DNA from: Lobosporangium transversale
Taxonomy: Eukaryota
Direction of reading: 5' to 3'
Assembly: GCF_002105155.1 (NCBI RefSeq)
Contig: NW_019029001.1
Coordinates: 372,001 to 436,000 of the forward strand
Length of the DNA: 64,000 nucleotides
The notes under the pieces were generated by a model that was not told the DNA's origin, did not search any database, and saw nothing but the letters and a program-made list of their open reading frames with translations. Below, piece after piece: positions 22,401 through 30,770 of this stretch. The translations under genes and the position numbers were made by a program. Each line of letters opens with the position of its first letter. Within the stretch, counting starts at the first letter, position 1.

Positions 22401-23142
22401 TCAGCAGGACAACTGGGTTGGTCTGCTCCCTATGGCAGAATTCTGTTACAACAACACGGTCCACTCATCCACCAACCAGACGCCATTCTTCGCGCATCAA
22501 GGGTATCACCCAAGATTCAGTTTCGTAATCCCGAGGGTTGCTGCCAGTAGTCCTAGTGCTAAAAATCGTCTACAAGTTTTGAAAGACGTTCAAGAAGACC
22601 TTCAGTTTTATATTCGTGAAGCCCAAGAATCGCAAGAGCGTAATTACAACCAACATGCTCAGCCACAGCCATCATTCTCACCTGGTGACATGGTGTGGTT
22701 GTCAAGAACCAATATAAAGACTACCAGGCCCTCTGATAAACTCGACGCTAAACGACTTGGACCTTTCGAGATAGTTGAAGCCGTTGGAACGCGTTCGTTC
22801 CGACTTAAACTGCCAAAAGAACTTTCACGACTTCACCCTGTTTTCCATGTCTCTCTGCTCGAGCCCTACCATGCTAATTCCATCCCGGGTCGTGTCGCTC
22901 CGCCGCCTCCTGCGGTTGAGATCGATGGCGAAAACGAATACGAGGTCGAAGAAATCTTGTCATCAGAATTTAAGAATCGACGCTTCCGTTACCTAGTCAA
23001 GTGGATTGGTTATGATGAGCCTACCAAAGAACCTCCTAAGAATCTCGAGAATAGTCAGGACCTTGTTCATGACTTCCATGAACGCTACCCACACTTACCT
23101 CGGCCACCTGGGTATTCGCCGCGATCAGGAGATCGCTCATAA
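19468..23142 (+). CDS. Element B pol (PR-RT-RH-IN-chromodomain), expressed by a -1 frameshift
   Basis: ALIDSGA, YLDDILIYS, EPDASKHALG, integrase HHCC/DDE, GPF, chromodomain EYEVEEILSS...YLVKWIGY. Confidence 0.95.
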   Translation, partial: GKRICLGSDEEWILGNMLTTSSPSRPRICLLVNITLSLPSQPPVQTKALIDSGAQASFIDVSLVTKHNLITVPLSTPLRLNMADGQASLHGLVTHHAPVSLAIENHRENLSLNVTSIQHPVILGIDWLEKHNPAINWKRRLVSFSDDFCNKTCFEQYPVVSCETILSSFLASSFVPSLAPSLDLENNISVNDYYLCQLLSEYLEDLCPTQSLISVPDLSCFSLSLNSSTSEPCPVTLSESLPPTYSEFTSLFKEKELGTLPPHRPFDHAISLEPDSKIPFGPLYTLSHTELEALKEYLDDNLKRGFIRRSESPAGAPVLFVPKKDGKLRLCVDYRALNKITIKNRCPLPLISETLDRLRLALIFTKLDLKGAYNLVRIAKGDEWKTAFRTRYGHFEYLVMPFGLTNAPATFQAFLNEVLRSCLDTFVVIYLDDILIYSNNEEEHVHHVRKVLQLLMDADLQVNLEKCQFHVTTVEFLGYVISPTGISMDPAKVKAITSWPTPASVRDIQVFLGFANFYRRFIKNFSNVVSPITSLLKKDVPFVWGPPAQKAFDELRRVFTTEPVLSHYNPEKPCFLEPDASKHALGAVCSQADDKGVLRPLAYYSRSLTPPERNYHVHDTELLAAVEGLEQFRHYFAYSQFPATILTDHKNLEYFSEKRSLSSRQVRYAERLSKFKFRVVYRPGILNGAADALSRMHPPEGGEDAVHDAILPKLEPWDTKLLAVATHQESSSNDITARIKESYPQDETTAAIFHSLHQKPESYPEHAIEDGLLYHKGRIVVPANDRIKLDILRHCHDTIITGHFGVHKTFELVARTYHWPKMRQFVKKFILTCDICQRNKTTHHKPYGLLQSLPVPETPWSSISMDFITQLPPSEDKTAILVVVDRFTKMAHFIPSTDNIDAAGLATLFLHRIVAVHGLPDDIITDRGSLFTAQFTRDFLQGLGVTQNLATAFHQQTDGQTERTNATLEQYLRCFLNYQQDNWVGLLPMAEFCYNNTVHSSTNQTPFFAHQGYHPRFSFVIPRVAASSPSAKNRLQVLKDVQEDLQFYIREAQESQERNYNQHAQPQPSFSPGDMVWLSRTNIKTTRPSDKLDAKRLGPFEIVEAVGTRSFRLKLPKELSRLHPVFHVSLLEPYHANSIPGRVAPPPPAVEIDGENEYEVEEILSSEFKNRRFRYLVKWIGYDEPTKEPPKNLENSQDLVHDFHERYPHLPRPPGYSPRSGDRS

Positions 23143-23694
23143 GAGGAGGGATTGTCACGAACAGCAAGCAATGTCTAGCTCATGAATTGATGAATGACTT
23201 TTGTCTGATTCGAATCTGAAAAAGATCACGTGTGCTTGATTAATTTGTTCCGCTCATTTCCTTCACTCATTCCTCCATGCATAGTTTGCCTGTCAAGCCA
23301 AGTCGCGTCTCCTAGTTTTCTAGCTCCGTGAATAGCTCCAAGGATTCTAGAAGAGCTATAAACCAATAACCAAGGCTTATAGTGCCAAGGAACCTTGAAA
23401 TAAGATTGCACCAGATATCTTCCTCGGATCCTGTGTATTAAGTTAACTCAACACTTGGAGTTCCGCATATGGTAAAAGTCCTTAGGAAATATTTGAGTAA
23501 GCTTTATTTAGAGTTCTTGAAGCGCGTCTCCGCTTCAGTCAAACAAGTATAAATATGATAGATCTGTAACATAGTAAACCTCAGTCTGCAATAAAACTAT
23601 TCGTGAATCCATTCTAGTTCTCAGCTCATTATCATTCTTGTTATTCATTCACTTACCTTTCCTTGCAAACCCTTTGTCAGTCCTTGACACTGGA

Positions 23695-23969
23695 CGTGAT
23701 GGAGCGGCTAGGTGGAATGAAGTTTTTGATGATTATGGATAGCGGATAATTTGTCGCGTTGCGCAACAGGCCACGTCGGAAAGGTGGACTTTGAGTACCA
23801 ACCACGGCGGTCAGGGTTTATGAAATCATGGATACAGCGGCTCTTGTCGTTTGTGCAGTAATAGCTGTTTATTGACTATAGTTTCTGGAGCATTTTGTTC
23901 ATAGAGTGTAGAAAATAAATCCCATGACCCTGAGGGTCCTTGTTATCAAAAAAAAAAAAAAAAAAAAAA
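23695..23969 (+). mobile_element. LINE 3' UTR end and poly(A) tail (continues 17393-17711)
   Basis: Resumes after the CTGGA TSD of element B and ends ...ttgttatc followed by A22. Confidence 0.8.
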
Positions 23970-24059
23970 CCCCCCGTCCTGCCTGGACGTGAGCTCAGCC
24001 ACCCGATCCTCCCCGCTATAATAAATAGTGGACTTTCCGTCCCTGAAGTGTTCCTTACC
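23970..24059 (+). mobile_element. Fragment of an element-A LTR
   Basis: Matches ~4497-4586 (ccgtcctgcctggacg...gtgttccttacc) with a few differences. Confidence 0.9.
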
Positions 24060-24121
24060 AGTGCTCCTATTCGAATCGTGATAAATTCGAATCGATTCGA
24101 ATAAGCCATATCCTGGTTCGA

Positions 24122-24808
24122 TTTGGCCCAATGGCTGAGTAGTATACTCGTCAGGGCACCCTCCTGTCTAGCCCAGGGGCCGGGTTCGAGTCCTGGTTAA
24201 GGCACATAAAGTGAAGCAAACATGTGCCAGGTCAGGGATTTGCTTGAGTTTTTATACTTTCTCTCCGAGACAGCCTAGTGTTCTCCGCTAAGGCTAAGAT
24301 CGTGGGTGCACTACCCTAAGTCGCCTGGCTGGCCACATGTCTTAGGTTTATATTCCACCCCCCAGCCGAACCAGCGGTACATCTGGCAGCACATCCCCCC
24401 CATCCACCCACTTGACTAGGACAGCGATGATCACAAAGTTTGACGGAGTCCAAAGTAGAAATTTCAGACCAATCCCGCAAGATTTGGGTCCACATGCCAG
24501 TGGATTTGATCGAATAGAAAAAAAAAATTAAAGTCGTCCTAAGCTAGAGTCGGCACGCCAGCCTCCGCGGCTTTTCACGGGCGCAACAGGCCACATCGGA
24601 AGGATGGACTTCGAGTACCGATTACGGTGTACATTGGTAGAGAAAAACATGGATATGAATTGGCTCTTCACAGCCATCCCGTGCGAACTTTGAGAGTTTC
24701 GCTTGTTTCATAGTTGAGGGCGATATCATTACTTTAGAGCGAGATTATGAAATAAAATTCCTCACCTCTGTGGGTTCTTGTTAACAGGAAAAAAAAAAAA
24801 AAAAAAAA
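24122..24808 (+). mobile_element. Putative tRNA-derived SINE (~690 bp)
   Basis: A-box-like TGGCTGAGTAG (24132), B box GGTTCGAGTCC (24183-93) within a T-arm hairpin, LINE-like 3' tail, A20, and a 17-bp TSD GCCATATCCTGGTTCGA (24105-21, 24809-25). Confidence 0.82.
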
Positions 24809-25040
24809 GCCATATCCTGGTTCGATGCAAAAGTCAAGGTAGTGTTCTAGGGGGATCTAAGGGTGCAATAAAGGTATCTTTATTCAGAGGGAACTATGCT
24901 ACAGAACTAGATAGAAAAGTAGACCTATTTATACTAATATCCTGTTGCAAGGAATGCTCTAGAAATATGGGCGAAATACTATGTTGCACAAAATTATTAT
25001 AGTGATTTCGCTTGCATCCTTCCCGTCATGAAGAAACCTA

Positions 25041-28000
25041 TTATCTTGTTTTTCTTGAAGCCTCAAAGACGGCAAGCGCCTCTTTAGCGTTTGCGAGCGA
25101 AGATTTTGTTTCCCAAGTGGCTTCATCTAATGGATAGCCTTTCCAAAGAACGAGCCACTTAGGAGTTTTGCCAAACATTTTGAAGTCAATGATTTTGTCG
25201 ACTTCATACTCCTCTTCTCCATCTACCAGCTCGGGGGCAGGGCGTGGTGGTGAGCGGTCGCCGAATTCACGAGGTGACTCAATATAGGGGCGAAGCAGAT
25301 CGGCATTAAAGACTGGATGCTGATGCATGTCAGGCGGTAGTTCCAGCTTGTAGGCATTTTCATTGACCTTCGAAATGATCTTGTAAGGGCCTATGTACTC
25401 AGGTTCCAGTTTCTGCGACGGTCTATTTTTATGTCCCGCGACAGAGATGTTTTCCGAGCTTAAGAGCACCATGTCACCCACAGCAAACGTAGCAGGCCTG
25501 CGAGTTTTGTCCGCTTGGGCCTTTTGCCTATTCTGCGCTTCGATAATGGCATCCTGAGCTAGCGCCAAATTCATCGACTGGGTTCGAACAAAATCACTGA
25601 CAGCCGGAACATTGGTATCAGGTGGCTTTAAAAGAGATCCAGGGACTAGTGGATGGTGACCATAGTTCAGAAAGAATGGGGAGAAGCCTGTCGTAGGATT
25701 GACAGAGTTGTTGTATGCGAACTCCATCATAGGCAGTAAAAGATCCCAGTCGTTTTGCTTGTACGATATGTAAGAGCGGAGCATTTCTTCTAATGTTCTG
25801 TTGGCGCGCTCTGTTTGTCCGTCTGATTGTGGATGGAAGGCAGTAGACATGTTAAGTTTGGTGCCCATGAGCTTCATCAACGTTGTCCAGAACTTGCCGG
25901 TGAAACGTGAATCTCTGTCTGACACAATTGTCCGAGGCATGCCGTGCAGTCTAAAAACATTGTCGAAAAAGAGTCGTGCAACATCAGAGGCAGTGTCGGT
26001 AGTTCGGCTAGCGCAGAAATGAACTTGCTTGGACAGTTTGTCCACAAAGACCGTAATCGCGTCAAAACCTCTGGCTGTCTTCGGAAGCTTGACAATGAAG
26101 TCCATTGTTACAGTATCCCATCGTTGGCTTGGAATTGCCAAAGGTTGGAAAAGCCCTGCAGGAGGCTTTAGTGAAGGCTTGTTACGCTGGCATTGCTCAC
26201 AGGAAGCAATGTATTTTTTTATATCCCTCGCCATGCGTGGCCAAAAATATGTTCGTCGCATGCTACTGTACGTTTTATCGAATCCCAAGTGGCCTGATAT
26301 AGGAGCGTCGTGAGCGTCATGCAAGAGTTGTGAACGGAGTCCGTCGTCCTTGGGTATGCAGAGGCGAGGGCCTTGTCCAGCGTTGATCCAGAGTAGACCA
26401 TCCACCACGAAGTAACGATCCGAGGTAGAGGCATCCTTATACTGATGCACGAGGGGACCTAGAATTGGATCGTGTAGGTAGCAACTGGCTAGTTGTTTTC
26501 GAATGCCAGGGTCTAGATTGATATCCAAGGAGTTCAAAGTAGTAGGTGTAGCCTCCAAGTCCTTGAGGTCCGGTCTTCGTGAAAGAGCATCAGGGACGAC
26601 GTTATCTTTACCAGGTTTATACTTGAATACGAAATCATACTCTTGAAGCAACTCCATCCATCTTGCTTGTCTGCGAGTCAAGTTCGGCTGGCTAGGAAAA
26701 TGTTGTAGAGTGGCATGGTCGGTATAAACGACAAAGTGAGAACCATCAAGGTAGTATCGCCATGTCTTCAGAGCATGCACCACAGCCAGCAGTTCTTGTT
26801 CGTGTGTAGGATAGTTGCGTTCCGCTGGGTTGAGCTTGCGTGAAGTAAAAGCTACTGGTCGTGATTCACCATTTTGGTCCGTCTGGAACAGGACAGCACC
26901 AGTTGCAAAGCCTGAAGCGTCTGTTTCGACTGCTGTAGAGAGGGCAGGATCGAATATCCTAAGAACTGGTGCTGAGCTCACTGCTCTTTTCAAAGTCTCA
27001 AAGGCGTCTTGTTGAGATTTTCCCCAGTGGAATTCCTTATTGCAGCCTAACAATTGTGTGAGGGGAAGAGCAATATCAGCGTAATGAGAAATGTACTGAT
27101 GGTAAAAATTAGTCAAACCAAGGAATTGCATCACATGTCGTTGGGTTGTTGGTACTGGCCATTCCCTTATTGCCTTGACAAGTCCGCCATTCGTCTTGAG
27201 TCCATCCTTGGATATGACATGGCCTAGGAACTCAGTCTCTTCCTGCATGAAGGAACACTTGGATAATTTACAATAAAGCCCAGCTTGACGCAAGAGGGAG
27301 AGTACTTGTCGGATGTGCTCTAAGTGATCTTTCTCGTTATCGGAGTAAATTAAAATATCATCGAGATACACAACAACACATTTATCAAGAAGTGGATCAA
27401 GTACGTTACGCATCATAGTCGAGAACGCTGCTGGTGCATTTGTAAGACCGAAAGGTACGACGTTAAACTCGTAGTGGCCATAGCGAGTTCGGAACGCGGT
27501 CTTGTGTTTATCATCAGGATGGAGACGCATTTGATGATAGCCCGAGAGTAGATCCAGCTTGGTAAAACATTTAGCTGTTCTGAATCTGTCGATCAATTCA
27601 TCGATCCGTGGTAAGGGGTACCTGTTTTTCTTTGTGATCTTGTTCAGGCCCCGATAATCAACACACATTCGAAGCGAGCCATCCTTTTTCTTCACAAAGA
27701 GGACTGGAGCACCGTATGGTGAGGTGCTCGGTGAGATTAATCCTTTTTGTAAAAGATCAGTTAGCTGCTTCTTCAGTTCATCAAGCTCAGCGATCGACAA
27801 TCTGATGACAGGTCGGACAGGTGGGTCAGCATAAGGGTCAGTCTCTATACGCATGCTATCACCTCTGTCAGGGGGAAGGCCATCGGGAAGTGTTGTAGGA
27901 AAGACATCAGGGAATTCGACTTGAACGATTTGCTTGATAGAGTCCGGTAGTTCAGAACTACTGCTAGAGACAGGTACTGGAACTCGAACTTGGGCGAGGA

Positions 28001-28880
28001 ATACAGAGGCATCAGGTTCCGAGGCAACGGTAAGGAAGTTAAGAGCAGATATGACGGAAGATCGCTGTCTAGGCTTCCTGTCGATGCCAGTGCAAGGCCA
28101 CAAGACCGGGGTACCTTGGTATTCAAAATGCAGATCATTTGTTCGCCAATTGATGCGAGGGTTGATATCCGTCAGCCATGGTTTACCCAAAATTAGGTCG
28201 TATTTGGATAGAGGATAAACAATGGCGTTGATTTTATCCTGATACGCGTTGCGGGCGAGGGTGAACGTGGCTGTGTGCTGAGCAATTGTCTCGGTACCGT
28301 TGGGAAGAATGACAGGAATGGGTCTACCCTCAATTAGCGGAACATGTGTGTTCTCGCAGAAAGAGGAACTTATGACATTGCCTTCGGCCCCTCCATCTAC
28401 AAGAATGCGCGCAGGTCGACCATTCACTGCTCCAATGAAAGTAAGGAGTCGGCGAGAGTTTTTATGTTTGTCATAGGTAAGGCTGAAGGATTGAAGGCGA
28501 ATTTCGTTACGACAATGGGAGTGGCGATTGGATGAACTAGGGGTAGATGAATGAGTGGAAGTGAGTGAAGTGGAAACAGTGAAAGGATCAGTGGAGGGGA
28601 AAATAGGGTCGGAGAGGGGATTGTTTTTTAGCAATGAGGAATGAGTAGGGGAATGGGGATCAGGATGAGGTGAATACTTAGAGAGTATATGTAAGGAAGT
28701 AGATGCAGTGGGAGCAATAGAGTGATCAGAAAGGGGCATGGATGTTATATTTGTGCACAAAGGATTTTTATTTGTAGTCATCAACTGTAACTGACCATGC
28801 CCTCTATTATCCAGGGCTTGAAGGCTGGGGCTAGAGGGGGCGAGGCAGGCCTGGTTTACTGCTCGCCCTCCTCTTTTCCC
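25041..28880 (-). CDS. Element C pol (PR-RT-RH-IN-chromodomain), -1 frame
   Basis: LVDGGAEGN, YLDDILIYS, ETDASGFATG, integrase DDE, GPY, chromodomain EYEVDKII...WLVLWKGYPLDEATWE. Frame is open back to GGGAAAA at 28880. Confidence 0.95.
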   Translation of the reverse strand, partial: GKRGGRAVNQACLAPSSPSLQALDNRGHGQLQLMTTNKNPLCTNITSMPLSDHSIAPTASTSLHILSKYSPHPDPHSPTHSSLLKNNPLSDPIFPSTDPFTVSTSLTSTHSSTPSSSNRHSHCRNEIRLQSFSLTYDKHKNSRRLLTFIGAVNGRPARILVDGGAEGNVISSSFCENTHVPLIEGRPIPVILPNGTETIAQHTATFTLARNAYQDKINAIVYPLSKYDLILGKPWLTDINPRINWRTNDLHFEYQGTPVLWPCTGIDRKPRQRSSVISALNFLTVASEPDASVFLAQVRVPVPVSSSSSELPDSIKQIVQVEFPDVFPTTLPDGLPPDRGDSMRIETDPYADPPVRPVIRLSIAELDELKKQLTDLLQKGLISPSTSPYGAPVLFVKKKDGSLRMCVDYRGLNKITKKNRYPLPRIDELIDRFRTAKCFTKLDLLSGYHQMRLHPDDKHKTAFRTRYGHYEFNVVPFGLTNAPAAFSTMMRNVLDPLLDKCVVVYLDDILIYSDNEKDHLEHIRQVLSLLRQAGLYCKLSKCSFMQEETEFLGHVISKDGLKTNGGLVKAIREWPVPTTQRHVMQFLGLTNFYHQYISHYADIALPLTQLLGCNKEFHWGKSQQDAFETLKRAVSSAPVLRIFDPALSTAVETDASGFATGAVLFQTDQNGESRPVAFTSRKLNPAERNYPTHEQELLAVVHALKTWRYYLDGSHFVVYTDHATLQHFPSQPNLTRRQARWMELLQEYDFVFKYKPGKDNVVPDALSRRPDLKDLEATPTTLNSLDINLDPGIRKQLASCYLHDPILGPLVHQYKDASTSDRYFVVDGLLWINAGQGPRLCIPKDDGLRSQLLHDAHDAPISGHLGFDKTYSSMRRTYFWPRMARDIKKYIASCEQCQRNKPSLKPPAGLFQPLAIPSQRWDTVTMDFIVKLPKTARGFDAITVFVDKLSKQVHFCASRTTDTASDVARLFFDNVFRLHGMPRTIVSDRDSRFTGKFWTTLMKLMGTKLNMSTAFHPQSDGQTERANRTLEEMLRSYISYKQNDWDLLLPMMEFAYNNSVNPTTGFSPFFLNYGHHPLVPGSLLKPPDTNVPAVSDFVRTQSMNLALAQDAIIEAQNRQKAQADKTRRPATFAVGDMVLLSSENISVAGHKNRPSQKLEPEYIGPYKIISKVNENAYKLELPPDMHQHPVFNADLLRPYIESPREFGDRSPPRPAPELVDGEEEYEVDKIIDFKMFGKTPKWLVLWKGYPLDEATWETKSSLANAKEALAVFEASRKTR

Positions 28881-29827
28881 GACTCAGAAAGCGTATGGTC
28901 ATTGTTTTCTATATTAAAGACAGAGGTGCGTTGGCATTGTTCGGCTCTATGACCTCGGTTCCGGCATCTGAAACAACGCCCCTCACGAACGCAACGTTCT
29001 CGTTCAGCTGCTGTGAGCTTGGGTAGCGAGCTTGGCTTGGAGTGGTTTCTGTTTGGTCGTTGCTGATGGAGAGAGGTGTACAGGTTGGCAACCAACATTC
29101 TCATGTTATCGAGATCCATTGGTGTAGGGCCAGAATTATTCTCATGATGGGGTGATAAGGCGTTCGGGGTAGCGGATACAGGGGTGGCATCGATGGGATG
29201 TAGAATACTGTGGACAATGGTCGCCTGCTCAATGGCATCGTCCAACGTCTCTGGCTGTCTAAGTCTTACCTGCTTGCTTGTTTCGGGCTCAAGGCCTAGC
29301 ATGTATTTTTGCAAAGCAGAGTCTTTGTCGAGATTTGTAGCCAGACGTAGGTGGCTTCTAAACTTGCTCGTATATTCTGCCACACTCATCCTTCCCTGAC
29401 GAAGTTTATCCAACGCTCGGCGAGCTGCATTCGCAGAATCTGGAGGGGTGAACTGACGGAGGAATGCTTTACGGAAGTCAGCCCAAGGTGTATCGAGATT
29501 CAACCCGGAATCTCTCCACCATGCCTTGGCTTCGCCATTGAGACTGAGGACAGCGTATCGAACCCATTTGGATGGCGTGAGTGTGACAATAGTGTAATAC
29601 TCCTCCAGGCTGTCGACAAAGTTTAAGGCTGCAACAGCGTTAATAGCTCCTTCGTAAGGCGTAGGCTTCTGTGGCTTTAGGACCGTGGCGAGGGTTCTGG
29701 CTAGGTCATTCTCAGCGGCTTCGTTGGCTTTAGCAGTAGAGAGGGCCTGATTAAAAGCAGTAGCTATGGCTTCGCGAATGTTCAGAGGAAGATCGATGGA
29801 CGAAAGGGCGTTATTCAAGTGTTCCAT
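28856..29827 (-). CDS. Element C gag
   Basis: Retrotrans-gag region, PTPMDLD motif, knuckle CFRCRNRGHRAEQC. Confidence 0.92.
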   Translation of the reverse strand: MEHLNNALSSIDLPLNIREAIATAFNQALSTAKANEAAENDLARTLATVLKPQKPTPYEGAINAVAALNFVDSLEEYYTIVTLTPSKWVRYAVLSLNGEAKAWWRDSGLNLDTPWADFRKAFLRQFTPPDSANAARRALDKLRQGRMSVAEYTSKFRSHLRLATNLDKDSALQKYMLGLEPETSKQVRLRQPETLDDAIEQATIVHSILHPIDATPVSATPNALSPHHENNSGPTPMDLDNMRMLVANLYTSLHQQRPNRNHSKPSSLPKLTAAERERCVREGRCFRCRNRGHRAEQCQRTSVFNIENNDHTLSESGKEEGEQ

Positions 29828-30085
29828 GGCGAGGGGTGAAATTCAATGGTAATTGTAGTTCTCTGGGTGTGGTCGTGGTTTCCTTTGCTACCAATGCAAA
29901 AGTCAAGGTAGTGTTCTAGGGGGATCTAAGGGTGCAATAAAGGTATCTTTATTCAGGGGGAACTATGCTACAGAACTAGATAGAAAAGTAGACCTATTTA
30001 TACTAATATCCTGTTGCAAGGAATGCTCTAGAAATATGGGCGAAATACTATGTTGCACAAAATTATTATAGTGATTTCGCTTGCA

Positions 30086-30301
30086 ACGGTGAAGCAACAA
30101 TCGAATATAATATGCATTCCGGTAATCGAACTTCCGTGGCCGACCAGCTCTACTTCTACCCATGGCAGGCCGTAATGTCTTGGAGATATTATGGACTGAG
30201 GATTTGGATATGCCTATTTCTGTGGGAACCTGACGGATGGACTTGTGCTGCTCGAGTAAATGGAGAGCATCCTCAACAACGGAAGCTTTGATTGGCTTCA
30301 T
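30086..30301 (-). pseudogene. N-terminal HTH fragment of a Tc1/mariner-type transposase, cut by the LTR of C
   Basis: SIRQVPTEIGISKSSVHNI...RAGRPRK is a paired-like HTH plus GRPR motif. The ORF then runs into LTR sequence. Confidence 0.7.
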
Positions 30302-30589
30302 CTTTGGAGTGTTTAGGAAGAGTAACGTAGGCTCTCAGAAAAGTGTAAGTGAAGAGTATCTACTCAAGTGTGTGGGAGATAATTTGAAAAAAATTCAGCA
30401 AAGGTGCGTAAAATAAGTGATGGTTATATAATTGTCCAAATGACATTAAATACTTTTGTCAATTAAAAACCATGATGAATGAGACTAGAGATATTTTAAC
30501 TGGACCAGTACACTTAACATTGGCATACTTGTTTATTCTGATATAAATAAAAGTGCAAGCAACCATCGCTATTATTCTAATCAAGATGG

Positions 30590-30770
30590 AAAACATGGGC
30601 GTAAAACATGTGGACAATTTTGGAAGCCACTGTACCATTGTCGAACAAATCTCGCCTGTATCATTCCGATTAGAGCTTCCAAATACGATGAAGATCCATG
30701 ATGTGTTCCATGTGGGCCGTTTTAAAAAATACATTCCATCGCCAGAGGCCTTAGGGCCCAGAGTTCCAGC
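30590..30770 (+). pseudogene. Relic of a Ty3/gypsy integrase C-terminus
   Basis: IVEQISPVSFRLELPNTMKIHDVFHVGRFKKYIPSP is homologous to the GPY/F-SH3 segment of B and C. It ends at the MULE TIR. Confidence 0.7.

Larger units (their letters stand above)
17712..23689 (+). mobile_element. Full-length, apparently intact chromoviral Ty3/gypsy element B (Tf1/sushi-like), inserted in the LINE 3' UTR
   Basis: 537-bp LTRs at 17712-18248 and 23153-23689 with one visible mismatch. 5-bp TSD CTGGA (17707-11, 23690-94). PPT aagaggaggga at ~23141. Confidence 0.96.
24826..30085 (-). mobile_element. Full-length chromoviral Ty3/gypsy element C
   Basis: 191-bp LTRs at 29895-30085 and 24826-25016 with one visible mismatch. 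PBS TGGTAGCAAAGG at 29893-29882, PPT GGGAAGGA. Flanking 5-mers do not match (no TSD). Confidence 0.94.

Noticed and set aside
24125..24205. Second functional tRNA gene
   Set aside because: Acceptor, D and anticodon arms do not pair properly, and it sits inside a TSD-flanked poly(A) element, so it is treated as a SINE head.
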